Virus record (IMG/VR): IMGVR_UViG_3300008450_000048
Location: 1-56,390 of that record
Source of the DNA: a virus
Lineage: Duplodnaviria > Caudoviricetes
Length of the DNA: 56,390 bases
Strand: one strand, 5' to 3'
Part shown: in pieces, positions 19,331-28,077 of the stretch
Layout: every line of letters starts with the position of its first letter
How positions within the stretch are numbered: position 1 is the first letter of the stretch
Position numbers and translations under genes: made by a program
The notes under the pieces: generated by a model
The model's database searches: none
What the model was told of the DNA's origin: nothing
What the model saw: the letters and a program-made list of their open reading frames with translations, nothing else

Positions 19331-19540
19331 TCATTCCGGTTTGCCCGTCATCAAGTCCACGAGCGCCGCATACGCAGCTTTGCTCTGCTCGTGCGTCTTG
19401 GCGCGCACCACGTCGTAGCCCAGCACGTACGCACGCGCCAGCCTTCTCAGCAGTGCTGCAGCCTCAACGTCGCCCTCGTCACGCGCACGGTCCAGCAACA
19501 TGTCAGCCAACTGCTCGGCCTTTCGCTCAATCGAATGCAT
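19331..19540 (-). CDS. Hypothetical protein
   Basis: AGGAGGAG RBS; directly downstream of the promoter at 19567-19595. Confidence 0.65.
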   Translation of the reverse strand: MHSIERKAEQLADMLLDRARDEGDVEAAALLRRLARAYVLGYDVVRAKTHEQSKAAYAALVDLMTGKPE

Positions 19541-19566
19541 GTCTCCTCCTTTTTTTGTGCTTTGGA

Positions 19567-19595
19567 ATTATAAGCTTTGTGATACTTCTAGCCAA
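19567..19595 (-). promoter_or_regulatory. Sigma70-type promoter at the end of the Q-like gene
   Basis: TTGGCT-17 nt-TATAAT with TATCACAAAG in the spacer. Confidence 0.7.
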
Positions 19596-19935
19596 GGGTT
19601 TTGTCGACAAAGTCCGCGACCATCTGCACCGCCTCGACCAGCAGTCGCTCGTCGTCCTCGCCGGCCGGCAACGTCTTGCGTGACCATGGCCTGAAGTGCC
19701 GGGACAGGACGCGGTAGTGCTCCGCATGCTTGGTGTGCAGGTGCTCGACGGCCGCGGCCACCGCCTGGATCTCGGCGCTTGAGTAGCCGAACACATCGAC
19801 CTCGGTGCTGATCTCGAGCAGGCCGCGGAAGGTCGGCGACACCGACGGCAGGCCAAGCCTCTGCTCAGCGTCGTGCCAGTCCGATCGCGCCCAGCCGTGC
19901 AGCAGCTCGGCAGCCCATGGCGGGTTCAGCTTCAC
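19588..19935 (-). CDS. Putative late antiterminator Q (phage 21/DLP12-type)
   Basis: LHGWAR, LPSVSPTFRGLL and AVAAAVEHL...YRVLSRHF align by eye with the Q21/DLP12 pattern (LERWGAW, WSSIAAGFKGLI); located after rusA as in lambdoids. Confidence 0.55.
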   Translation of the reverse strand: MKLNPPWAAELLHGWARSDWHDAEQRLGLPSVSPTFRGLLEISTEVDVFGYSSAEIQAVAAAVEHLHTKHAEHYRVLSRHFRPWSRKTLPAGEDDERLLVEAVQMVADFVDKTLG

Positions 19936-20180
19936 ACACGCTCCAGCCTGCAGCCTTCCAGCTCGGTCCGCTTGACCTCGACCACGGTCCGCGTGTACGG
20001 CCAGCCTCGGCTGTCCACAAACACCACGCGCACGCGGTCGTCGCTCTGCCGCATTGATCGCGCTGCCTTGCCGATCGCCAAGTTGGCAAGCTTGCAGCGG
20101 CCAGTGACTGTCTCCCAGGTCTTCGCGCCGTACGGCCGCACCTGGCCGATGAAATAGCCGCTTATCTTTTTGAAAATCAT
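19932..20180 (-). CDS. Hypothetical protein
   Basis: Coupled between rusA and the Q-like gene. Confidence 0.6.
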   Translation of the reverse strand: MIFKKISGYFIGQVRPYGAKTWETVTGRCKLANLAIGKAARSMRQSDDRVRVVFVDSRGWPYTRTVVEVKRTELEGCRLERV

Positions 20181-20593
20181 CGTGTCCCCTCCTCGCTGAC
20201 CTCGACCATCACCCGGCCGCCCTTCACCGGCTCGACCACCTCAAACCCGACGCGCCACTTGCTGTCGTCCACGCCCATCGCATCAGCCAGGCCATCGAGG
20301 CCGGCCTTCATGGACGCGAGCATGTTGTCCCAGTCCCTGGCCCGTTTGTCCGGCGGGAAGAACATCAGATCGACGCGTACGGCGTTTTCTGACCCCCGGA
20401 GGTATCCAAGCCCCGCCAGCTCGCCGATCGCCCTGCAGCGGGCGCGATAGACCCTTTTGAGCTTGCTCGTCACCGCCCAGTGCTCGCGCGCGTTCGGCGA
20501 CAGACGCCGATCAGGCCAAGGAATTTCCAGCAGGAAACTTCTTTTGTGACAAGTCACATTATTAATTTTTTCTATCACTTTGCTGATCTCCAT
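20177..20593 (-). CDS. rusA: RusA-like Holliday junction resolvase
   Basis: PWPDRRLSPN, PPDKRARDWDNMLASMKAGLDGLADAMGVDDS; start position uncertain. Confidence 0.85.
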   Translation of the reverse strand: MEISKVIEKINNVTCHKRSFLLEIPWPDRRLSPNAREHWAVTSKLKRVYRARCRAIGELAGLGYLRGSENAVRVDLMFFPPDKRARDWDNMLASMKAGLDGLADAMGVDDSKWRVGFEVVEPVKGGRVMVEVSEEGTR

Positions 20594-20668
20594 TAATCAT
20601 TGTGATAGTTCTGCGGTGCGGCTTTTGGCGCAAACCGGGTGGACTTTTTGTGAAGTTTTTCTGGCCTG

Positions 20669-20881
20669 TCCGCCACCCATCCGCCTCTATCCGCCACCCC
20701 TAAAGGGTGTGGCGGATTGGCGGATAGCGCCCGCCAAAGATCCGCCAACTTATCCGCCAACTGCCACCACCTCAAAACCCGCATAAACACTGGCTTTTTT
20801 CGATGTCGCTGGCTTATCCGCCAGCTATCCGCCAAACATCCGCCAGTTGCCAATTTGATACGTCCGCCAAGCTATCCGCCA
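20669..20881. repeat. TCCGCCA iteron-like array, putative replication origin
   Basis: About 13 direct and inverted copies at 10-12 bp spacing immediately downstream of the primase-helicase. Confidence 0.75.
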
Positions 20882-20898
20882 ACACTTTTGCCTATTTT

Positions 20899-22935
20899 TT
20901 AGGCAGATAAATCACTCGAATTCATGGCCAGAAAACCGGTCATGGACAGGTGATCTATTGCACTTTCGGAAAGATCCCAGCCGCCCTTGCCGCCGCTTGC
21001 GAGACCCTGATCCTTCATCGTTTTCATGATTCTGGAGATCGTCCGCTCGCTGCAACCGAGCGCGATCGCCATCGGCGGGACGCCCGGCCAGCGCGGATGC
21101 ATGGCCTTGGCCACGTCCAAAGCGGTCAGATCCGTGCCGTTGGTCCGCTTGCCGACCACGAAGTCCATGGGGTTCCCGTCGACCTCGATGTAGGCGCCCA
21201 TGATCTCGACATCGCATTCGTCGTTGATCCCAAGGCCGGTCTGGACGATCTTGAATCGCCGCTTGGCCGGCATCTCGGCGTCTTTCATTTTGGTAACTTG
21301 CATCTCGATCTGGCCCATCGATCCCTTGACCCAGATCTCCTGGTCCATGGCGCCTTTGAATGCGGAAGATCCCCGCGCACGGTCCATGTCATGGCCTGAG
21401 TGGTGGACGGTCATGACGTTGCACTTCCACCGCCGGCGGATGTACTCGTCCAGGTGCTCGATGAACATGTTCGCGTCCTGCTGCTTGTTCTCGTCCCCGT
21501 CGCCGAAGTTCCTGGCCAGCGTGTCGACGATCACCAGCGACGGTGCGTGCCCGGTCTGCGCGGCCAGCCGCTCGACTTCCAGCGACAGGCCTGCTGCCGC
21601 GTCAGCGTTCAGGATCATGACCGCCCGGTTGGACTTGAAGAGCGGAACGTCCTTGGACAGCTTCACGCCGCGCGCTTTCTGCCAGGCTGCGAATCGGCGT
21701 GCGAGACCGTTGTGGCCTTCGCCGGCGATGTAAAACACCGCTCCCTGCTTAACAGGCATCCCGTGCCAGGGTGTGCCGGTGGCAACACAGCAGGCGATGT
21801 CGACCACGGTGAAGGACTTGCCCCCGCCGGAGGGTCCAAAGACCATCGACAGGGCGTCCGTCTCGAGGTAGTTCTCGACCAGCCACTGGATGGGTTTTAA
21901 GTCGTTCAGCAGCTCGTCGACCTGCGTGAACAACGGCCGGTCTGGCTCTTGTGCCTGGATCTCGCCGGTCTCTGGATCGACGAACTGCAGTGCCGGGCGT
22001 GGCGGTGGCTTGTATTTCTCCTCAGCGCCGCGCACGCAGCGAGGGATGTCTTTGTATCGGCTCTCCCAGCGATCGTCTTTGGCGCCTGGATAGGCGTTCA
22101 TGAGGCCGCGCAGCATGTTCGTGACCGCCGCTGGGTGGGCGCCGGTTGAGATCATCGATGCGGCAATGATGTTCAGTGGCTCATGAAATGAGCCTGCCAT
22201 GACGGCCTGCACGGCTGCCTGCAGTTTCTCGTCCTGCGTTGTGCCGAACGAAGTCGGCATCGGAATTGAGAGGTTTGCTGCGGCCACCGATGCATTGCGC
22301 ACCGAGTCCAGATCCATGCCGACCGACGCGCATGCGTCTTCCAGTGTCAGCCGGATCTCCGGGCGCCAGACCAGCAGGCGATGCTTGAAGTGCCCCGTCA
22401 CCCGCGGCTTCTGGTTCGTCCCCTGCGGCAGGCGAACGTATCGAACAGAATTGTTGCCGGAGATGTCGCCGCCAATGAAGCCGCGCATGGTCATGGACTT
22501 CACGACCGCCGAGCACAGGTCTTCGTTGGCGCAATCTGGATCGTCGCCGTCTAAGAAGTAGCCAGCCTGGGTCTTGCCGGGTGATGTCTCGAGCACCCAC
22601 GAGGGTGGTGAGAAGAGGCTTTCGAGGTCCACGTCGTCGACCACCAGCGCCAGCATGCGAACGAAGGTGGACTTTCGCCGGTAGAAGTAGCCGTCCTGTG
22701 CCTTGCCGACTGCAGCAACGCTGAAGTAGGTATTGAACTCTCCCCAGCTGTCGCACATTGACCGCTCGTGGTCGGCCGGCGTGTAGACCACGCCCTTCCA
22801 CTTTGCGTCATCGCTGTTCGGGTTCCCGTGGAAGCGGTTGACCCACAGGCACGCGCCTTCTGGCGCACCCTGCGCCAGCTCGGCCAGGAAATCGGTGTTG
22901 GAAACTACAGCATTGTGATTCTCTTGTGTGCTCAT
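20899..22935 (-). CDS. Primase-helicase (RepB-type primase domain plus RepA/AAA_25 helicase)
   Basis: LVVDDVD, LETSPGKTQAGY, RYVRLPQGTNQK; Walker A GPSGGGKS, VIVDTLAR, VHHSG, RGSSA. Confidence 0.9.
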   Translation of the reverse strand: MSTQENHNAVVSNTDFLAELAQGAPEGACLWVNRFHGNPNSDDAKWKGVVYTPADHERSMCDSWGEFNTYFSVAAVGKAQDGYFYRRKSTFVRMLALVVDDVDLESLFSPPSWVLETSPGKTQAGYFLDGDDPDCANEDLCSAVVKSMTMRGFIGGDISGNNSVRYVRLPQGTNQKPRVTGHFKHRLLVWRPEIRLTLEDACASVGMDLDSVRNASVAAANLSIPMPTSFGTTQDEKLQAAVQAVMAGSFHEPLNIIAASMISTGAHPAAVTNMLRGLMNAYPGAKDDRWESRYKDIPRCVRGAEEKYKPPPRPALQFVDPETGEIQAQEPDRPLFTQVDELLNDLKPIQWLVENYLETDALSMVFGPSGGGKSFTVVDIACCVATGTPWHGMPVKQGAVFYIAGEGHNGLARRFAAWQKARGVKLSKDVPLFKSNRAVMILNADAAAGLSLEVERLAAQTGHAPSLVIVDTLARNFGDGDENKQQDANMFIEHLDEYIRRRWKCNVMTVHHSGHDMDRARGSSAFKGAMDQEIWVKGSMGQIEMQVTKMKDAEMPAKRRFKIVQTGLGINDECDVEIMGAYIEVDGNPMDFVVGKRTNGTDLTALDVAKAMHPRWPGVPPMAIALGCSERTISRIMKTMKDQGLASGGKGGWDLSESAIDHLSMTGFLAMNSSDLSA

Positions 22936-23038
22936 CACGAAATTGCCCTCCCCTGCACTGCCGTGAGCGGGAAGGAAGGTGTGTGAGCGATGATTGTTTT
23001 GACTGCCACTGATGAACCCCCTCAATGCTTGAACCTGG

Positions 23039-23102
23039 AAAAAGAAAGCCGAACGGCAGGCGGCGGTTCAGTCCGCTTTTCGGGAGCTACCCTAGCCGTG
23101 GC
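23039..23102 (-). ncRNA. Candidate structured leader / attenuator upstream of the primase-helicase
   Basis: Outer stem GCC-ACGGC-AGG / CCT-GCCGT-GGC enclosing GTAGCTCCCGAAAA and a GCGG/CCGC hairpin, then TTTCTTTT. Confidence 0.45.
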
Positions 23103-23188
23103 TCAAAACTTAACCATTGTGATATTCAGCTGCTCAATTTAGGTGCCAAATCCACCATAACGAGCACTTGCACAAAACTTCACAGCTG

Positions 23189-23380
23189 TTATGCTCTGCG
23201 CCTCAGAATCTCAGGTGATGCCTTGAGTTTGCCCTTGGTGATGTGCTCGAGCCGCAGCTGCTGCAAGTGGGGAATCTTCCCCCGAGTTCGCCACATGGAG
23301 ATGGTCGGCTGCTGCACGCCGAGTGCCTGGGCGACAGCGACTTGCGATCCGAAGAACTTGATGACTTGGTCTATTTTCAT
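23189..23380 (-). CDS. cro: Cro-like HTH repressor
   Basis: FFGSQVAVAQALGVQQPTISMW...GKIP...TKGKLKA; divergent from cI. Confidence 0.85.
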   Translation of the reverse strand: MKIDQVIKFFGSQVAVAQALGVQQPTISMWRTRGKIPHLQQLRLEHITKGKLKASPEILRRRA

Positions 23381-23472
23381 GATGTGAATTATTGAGTTTG
23401 CAGGTACTTGCTCTAACAGTATAACTCTTGTGATGGCGGAAAGGGAAGCCCCCTTTTTCCGCCTCTATTCCA

Positions 23473-23871
23473 ATGACAAAGCATGTTCCGCAAAACCACG
23501 TAGGCGATAAGCTTGATCCCGCATTTCAGTCCTGGGCCAAGAAGGCCTCTATAGGAGAGAGACTGAGGTGGTTACTTGAGTACCGGGACATGAAACAGAC
23601 GCAACTCGCAGAGACCATTGGCACCACGCAGGCGGCGATATCGAACATCGTCACCAACGCATCACGAAAACCCAGCGCACCGACGCTGCTCAGAATGGCA
23701 GCCGCCCTCCAGGCGTCCGCAGACTGGATCATCACCGGCGACGGGCACCCGTTTGAAGTCTCGACGGTAGGCAAGCGCGCCGAGAAAGACCTGCTGGCAG
23801 CGTTTCGGGACATGGATCCACAAGCCCAAGCGGCGCTGCTTGCTGCCGCGAAGGCGATGTCAAACAAATAA
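23473..23871 (+). CDS. CI-like XRE-family repressor lacking an S24 peptidase domain
   Basis: IGERLRWLL...QTQLAETIGTTQAAISNI...ADWIITG; divergent from cro. Confidence 0.85.
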   Translation: MTKHVPQNHVGDKLDPAFQSWAKKASIGERLRWLLEYRDMKQTQLAETIGTTQAAISNIVTNASRKPSAPTLLRMAAALQASADWIITGDGHPFEVSTVGKRAEKDLLAAFRDMDPQAQAALLAAAKAMSNK

Positions 23872-23923
23872 TTATCCTTGGCACTTCAGTAGTTGCCTCT
23901 ACTTATTTACCCTTGAAAACTTC

Positions 23924-23953
23924 TTGCAAGTAACTTCACAATGGTGATATATT
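23924..23953 (+). promoter_or_regulatory. Early promoter 1 with operator-like palindrome in the spacer
   Basis: TTGCAA-18 nt-TATATT with extended TG; TCACAATGGTGA in the spacer. Confidence 0.65.
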
Positions 23954-24016
23954 GTCTCCGTGATCTCAACGATCACAGCTTTTCCGGGGCGACCGGAACG
24001 AGTCAAGGAGACCAAC

Positions 24017-24232
24017 ATGAGCAACTATATTCACCAGCTGCAAAATCAAGTCAACGACTTGCAGCACGTCGTCATCACCCGCGCTGAGCGCGTCCAGGAA
24101 TTCCGGCAGCACCTGCTGTCGTCGAAGTTTCCCCCGATCCAGCATGACGGCAGCCGGGGCGATCTGGTCAGTGTGGCCGAAGTTTTCAACTGGCTGCGCT
24201 ACATCGAAAACCCTGCACTTGAGACCGTTTAA
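24017..24232 (+). CDS. Early hypothetical protein
   Basis: AAGGAG RBS, ATG 24017. Confidence 0.7.
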   Translation: MSNYIHQLQNQVNDLQHVVITRAERVQEFRQHLLSSKFPPIQHDGSRGDLVSVAEVFNWLRYIENPALETV

Positions 24233-24242
24233 GGAGACCGCC

Positions 24243-24500
24243 ATGCAAAAGCGCAACTACATCGCCGAGATCGATTCACGTGTCGCAGGCATCCCTTGCA
24301 AGATCGGCGTCGTTGAGTACTCCCGCTACGAGGGTTCGTATTCGTACAACGCACCCAGCGACATCGACTACTACGGCTACACCGAGATGGACTTCGACGT
24401 GCTGGACCGCCGCGGCCGCCCTGCTGCCTGGCTCGAGCGAAAGCTCGACAAGGACGAGCGCGCTGACATTGAGTACCTCATCTCTGATTACTTTTCTTAA
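24243..24500 (+). CDS. Early hypothetical protein
   Basis: AAGGAG RBS; AGIPCKIGV...DYYGY...LDRRGRPAAWLERKL. Confidence 0.75.
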   Translation: MQKRNYIAEIDSRVAGIPCKIGVVEYSRYEGSYSYNAPSDIDYYGYTEMDFDVLDRRGRPAAWLERKLDKDERADIEYLISDYFS

Positions 24501-24528
24501 CTATCACATTGCTTATTTGGAGACCGAC

Positions 24529-24735
24529 ATGATCGACATGGCACAAGCAGACCGCACCCTTCGCGCCAAAGGCGACGGCAACGACAAAGTGTTTGAGAAC
24601 TTTCGCACCCGCTTGCGCGGCACGAACGACCAGGAATATCAGATCTACCTGGCCTGCGCCGACGACGGCAATGGTGGCGACATCACCCGCGGCGGTGCCC
24701 CGCTGAAGACCTATCAAGAATGGTTGATGAGCTGA
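24529..24735 (+). CDS. Early hypothetical protein
   Basis: GGAG RBS; C-terminal PLKTYQEWL. Confidence 0.7.
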   Translation: MIDMAQADRTLRAKGDGNDKVFENFRTRLRGTNDQEYQIYLACADDGNGGDITRGGAPLKTYQEWLMS

Positions 24736-24823
24736 TGAGCCGCGCCCTTCGCATCGCTTACGTACTCGTGTACGCCGCTGCCCTGGTGGTGGCGTACATG
24801 GACCTTTTTATCTGGAGACCCTA

Positions 24824-25114
24824 ATGAGTCCATACAAAAACCACATCTTGCGCAACGCCAAGGGCATGTGCATCACGTCAGAGATCCTGCTTGACATGGT
24901 CGACATCTGCGGCCGCAGGCGTCCGTCATTCACAGGATTGAAAGATGCCGCAGTCGTTGACGGTGTTTGCAGCCTGCCGACCGCGCACACGAAGCTGCAC
25001 TGGCTAATCGACAACGGTTACCTAGTCTCAGAAATTAATCAACACGATCGCCGCGCCAAGATCTTGCGCGTGACTCTTAAAGGCGATCGCTATCTGCGTG
25101 AGGTGAACAAGTGA
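24824..25114 (+). CDS. MarR-like winged-helix protein
   Basis: SLPTAHTKLHWLIDNGYL...DRRAKILRVTLKG wing motif. Confidence 0.7.
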   Translation: MSPYKNHILRNAKGMCITSEILLDMVDICGRRRPSFTGLKDAAVVDGVCSLPTAHTKLHWLIDNGYLVSEINQHDRRAKILRVTLKGDRYLREVNK

Positions 25115-25273
25115 AACGCTACGGCATCCTCGACGACGACGATCGCGTCATCCGCTGGGTGTGGGACAAGCCTGGCGCTGGCTACCGGTATGTCGAAGTC
25201 AAGGTGCCGCGCCGTCGCAAGCCGCGCATTGATCTGAGCCAATTTGAAGAAGCACTTTTTTGAGGAACGCAAA

Positions 25274-25435
25274 ATGAGAAAGTATGAAACCCACTACGAC
25301 GACTGCGCTGCAAGTGTTTTTCCGCAACTTGCATGGGTAGCGTATGAGGAAGGCGCCTGCGGTGATGACATCCATGCTCGAGGCGCGACGCCCGAAGAAG
25401 CGATTGAGAACCTGCGCGAAATGCTGGACGACTAA
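25274..25435 (+). CDS. Small acidic protein with a HicB-like motif
   Basis: GAGGA RBS; ARGATPEEAIENLREML. Confidence 0.5.
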   Translation: MRKYETHYDDCAASVFPQLAWVAYEEGACGDDIHARGATPEEAIENLREMLDD

Positions 25436-25453
25436 TTGACTGGAGTTTTTCTT

Positions 25454-25717
25454 ATGGGAAACAAAACAGCTCATCCTGTGTTTGATGTTTTAATTGAGCG
25501 TTTCGGTCTGAAAAACGATGTCGATATAAGCAGGCTAATTGGCTTTCAGTATTCGTATATCTGGAAGCTGCGCAATCGGATCGTTGCTGGCAGCCCTGCG
25601 GTTGCTCTGGCAATTCACGAAACATTCGGTATGCCGATCGCAGAGATCCGTTCTCTGGGCGGCGACGACTTCGTCGGCATCAGCCGGCCAACTAATCGTA
25701 CGGAGGTGCAAGCATGA
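25454..25717 (+). CDS. HTH-like protein
   Basis: FGLKNDVDISRLIG...IWKLRN...LAIHETFGMPIAEIRSL; GGAG RBS. Confidence 0.6.
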   Translation: MGNKTAHPVFDVLIERFGLKNDVDISRLIGFQYSYIWKLRNRIVAGSPAVALAIHETFGMPIAEIRSLGGDDFVGISRPTNRTEVQA

Positions 25718-25896
25718 ACAATCGCAAATGGCCACGAACATTGAACGAAGCTTTTCCAAACACCATTGAGTACAGCTGCGCAATCGAACGCCCCAGGCCA
25801 AGAAACTGGATTTCTTGGAATCGATTGATTGTCTGGTTTATTGTTGGCGGCCTTATCACAATGCTAATCCGAAATATCGTTTTACCCCTTGCATAA
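25714..25896 (+). CDS. Small membrane protein
   Basis: WPRTLNEAFP...CAIERP plus C-terminal transmembrane segment; GGAGG RBS. Confidence 0.65.
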   Translation: MNNRKWPRTLNEAFPNTIEYSCAIERPRPRNWISWNRLIVWFIVGGLITMLIRNIVLPLA

Positions 25897-25916
25897 CTTC
25901 ACGCTTGTGATATTAT
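25889..25916 (+). promoter_or_regulatory. Early promoter 2
   Basis: TTGCAT-16 nt-TATTAT; TCACGCTTGTGA in the spacer. Confidence 0.6.
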
Positions 25917-25982
25917 GTGTCCGTGGTCAACGCATTGACCACCTGACCTGGCAGCACCAGGCACTCTCAAAGGAGACGCATC

Positions 25983-26288
25983 ATGTTTGATCTGAACGAC
26001 ATCGAAGTTATCGAAGGCGACGCTGAAGTTTCTGAGCTTGAGTACTACGCCAGCATTCAGCGCGCCATCAACTCCGGCACCGCGTGGTCTTTCCAGGGCA
26101 GCTACGGCCGCGCCATGATGGACGCCATCGAAAGCGGCTACTGCCTGCTGGGTAAGGCCGGCGCCCGTGACTACTACGGCAACTACATCCCCAGCCGTGA
26201 CGAAGTCATGGAAGGCACCAAGGGTTCGATCAGCTACGTCCAGGACCGCATGGGCGAAGACTGGCTGTTCGAAATGGAAAACGTCTAA
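25983..26288 (+). CDS. Early hypothetical protein
   Basis: AAAGGAG RBS; INSGTAWSFQGSYGRAMMDAIESG motif. Confidence 0.75.
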   Translation: MFDLNDIEVIEGDAEVSELEYYASIQRAINSGTAWSFQGSYGRAMMDAIESGYCLLGKAGARDYYGNYIPSRDEVMEGTKGSISYVQDRMGEDWLFEMENV

Positions 26289-26302
26289 CCGGAGGTATCA
26301 CA

Positions 26303-26620
26303 ATGGCTATTTCCACCATCCCCTTTGCCCATGTCCGCGAGTTCTACGAACGCAACCAGCCCGACGGGCATTGGTTTGACGCGGCCACCATGCGCTTCTT
26401 TAAAACCAAGCTGCCTCAGATTGCTTACGAGTCTGAGGCCGGCATCCACTTTGTCACACGCGAAACAGACCCAGGCGGCGTGTCGGCCTACAGCGTGCGC
26501 CGCCAGCTGCCGAACGGTGAGATCAAGACTGTCGGCGAGTTTCACAGCTACAAGACGCGCGCCGCCGCTGCGACTGCCATTCGCCTGTTGAGCAAGGAGG
26601 CCAGCCATGTGGTGGTCTGA
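26303..26620 (+). CDS. Early hypothetical protein
   Basis: GGAGG RBS; HWFDAATMRFFKT motif. Confidence 0.75.
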   Translation: MAISTIPFAHVREFYERNQPDGHWFDAATMRFFKTKLPQIAYESEAGIHFVTRETDPGGVSAYSVRRQLPNGEIKTVGEFHSYKTRAAAATAIRLLSKEASHVVV

Positions 26621-26894
26621 ATCCTCCGGTCGCATTGAACTCAAGATGACACTGAAGCAGGCGCAGTCCTGCAGTCATCCTGGCCGCTGCGACGACGACG
26701 TTGTTGCCCTGCGCCAGGTGCCGGCCATCAAGCGCCAGCTCGAGAAGCTGGACCCGAAGCTGGTGGCCGACTGCCTGCGCGAGTACGGCGCCTGGGACGA
26801 AGAGCAGCTGGCCGACCATGAGTACAACTTGGACCGCCTGCTGTGGATCGCAGCGTGCGACATCGCTGAAGAAAACTTTCTGAAGACCGCTTGA
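26607..26894 (+). CDS. Early hypothetical protein
   Basis: AAGGAGG RBS; LREYGAWDEEQL...RLLWIAACDI. Confidence 0.75.
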   Translation: MWWSESSGRIELKMTLKQAQSCSHPGRCDDDVVALRQVPAIKRQLEKLDPKLVADCLREYGAWDEEQLADHEYNLDRLLWIAACDIAEENFLKTA

Positions 26895-26918
26895 CGGACT
26901 TCACAATGCTGATATACT
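26891..26918 (+). promoter_or_regulatory. Early promoter 3 (recombination operon)
   Basis: TTGACG-16 nt-TATACT; TCACAATGCTGA in the spacer. Confidence 0.65.
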
Positions 26919-26960
26919 TAACCCCGGTTCATCAATAACCCACTCCCGAAAGGACGCATC

Positions 26961-27344
26961 ATGAAACCCATGACACTGCAAGACCTCATCAATCTCCGCA
27001 TCGCCGCCAAGCGCGAAGAAGACAAAGCCGTCCAGGCACGTCGCGATGTGGATGCTCAGATCGCCGAGCTGCTCAAAGACCCTGCCAAGCCTGAAGGCGC
27101 CGTATCCCAAAAGGTCGACGGCTTCAAGATCACCTGCACCTACAAAGTCGACCGCAAAGTATCTGCTGACGAGCTGCAAAAATCGTGGGACAAGCTGTCT
27201 CCTGAAGTGCAGGCCGTGTTCAAGTGGAAGCCCGATGTGTCGACCTCAGAGCTGCGCAAGCTCGACGACAAGCAGCAGCTCGCTGCTTCGAAGTTCATCA
27301 CGACAAACCCTGCTTCGCCGTCGATCAAGATCGAAGCGATCTGA
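26961..27344 (+). CDS. Recombination-module protein preceding Sak4
   Basis: N-terminal coiled coil, FKWKPDV motif; synteny with Sak4 and SSB. Confidence 0.7.
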   Translation: MKPMTLQDLINLRIAAKREEDKAVQARRDVDAQIAELLKDPAKPEGAVSQKVDGFKITCTYKVDRKVSADELQKSWDKLSPEVQAVFKWKPDVSTSELRKLDDKQQLAASKFITTNPASPSIKIEAI

Positions 27345-27371
27345 TTTCTTTTCACACTCGGAGACATCACA

Positions 27372-28058
27372 ATGGCTATATCCCTCAAGTCCACCAAGGA
27401 CGCCGCCCTTGACGGCATCAAGGTTCTCGTTCACGGCCCTGCCGGCGCTGGCAAGACCAGCCTGTGCGCGACCACCGGCGAACCGACCATCATCATCAGC
27501 GCCGAGTCCGGCTTGCTGTCGCTGCGTGGCGTCGACATCCCGGTCATCGAAGTCAAGACGCTCGAGCAAATGTACGAGGCGTACGACTTCGTCGTCAACG
27601 ATCCGCAGGGTCAGGCCTTCAAGTGGGTCTGCTTGGACTCCATCAGCGAGATCGCTGAGGTGGTGCTGAACCACGAGAAGAAAGTCGCCAAGGATCCGCG
27701 CCAGGCGTACGGCGCGCTGGCCGAGAAGATGACGGATCTGATCCGTGCCTTCCGCGACCTGCCTGGCCGCAACGTGTACTTCAGCTGCAAGCAGGAGCGC
27801 ACGAAGGACGAGCAGTCAGGCGCGATGCTCTATTACCCGGCCATGCCCGGCAACATGTTGAAGCAGGGCGTCGGCTACTTCTTCGATGAAGTCATGGCAC
27901 TGCGCGTTGAAAAGGATGCCGACGGCAATCCCACGCGCTGGCTGCAGACCAGCCGGGATTTCAATTACGAGGCGAAGGACCGGTCCGGTTGCTTGGACAT
28001 GTTCGAACCTCCAAACCTCGCGGACATCGCCGCGAAGATTTCTTCCACCGCCAATTAA
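27372..28058 (+). CDS. Sak4-like (AAA_24) single-strand annealing ATPase
   Basis: Walker A GPAGAGKT, SAESG, LDSISE, YFFDEV, AKDRSG. Confidence 0.85.
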   Translation: MAISLKSTKDAALDGIKVLVHGPAGAGKTSLCATTGEPTIIISAESGLLSLRGVDIPVIEVKTLEQMYEAYDFVVNDPQGQAFKWVCLDSISEIAEVVLNHEKKVAKDPRQAYGALAEKMTDLIRAFRDLPGRNVYFSCKQERTKDEQSGAMLYYPAMPGNMLKQGVGYFFDEVMALRVEKDADGNPTRWLQTSRDFNYEAKDRSGCLDMFEPPNLADIAAKISSTAN

Positions 28059-28077
28059 TCCTGAAAGGACACCCATC

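Noticed and set aside
20593-20853. 86-aa ORF with LAD repeats
   Set aside because: It is a translation of the TCCGCCA iteron array.
20669-20881. CRISPR array
   Set aside because: Repeats are 7 bp with 3-5 nt gaps in both orientations; no spacer-length unique sequences.
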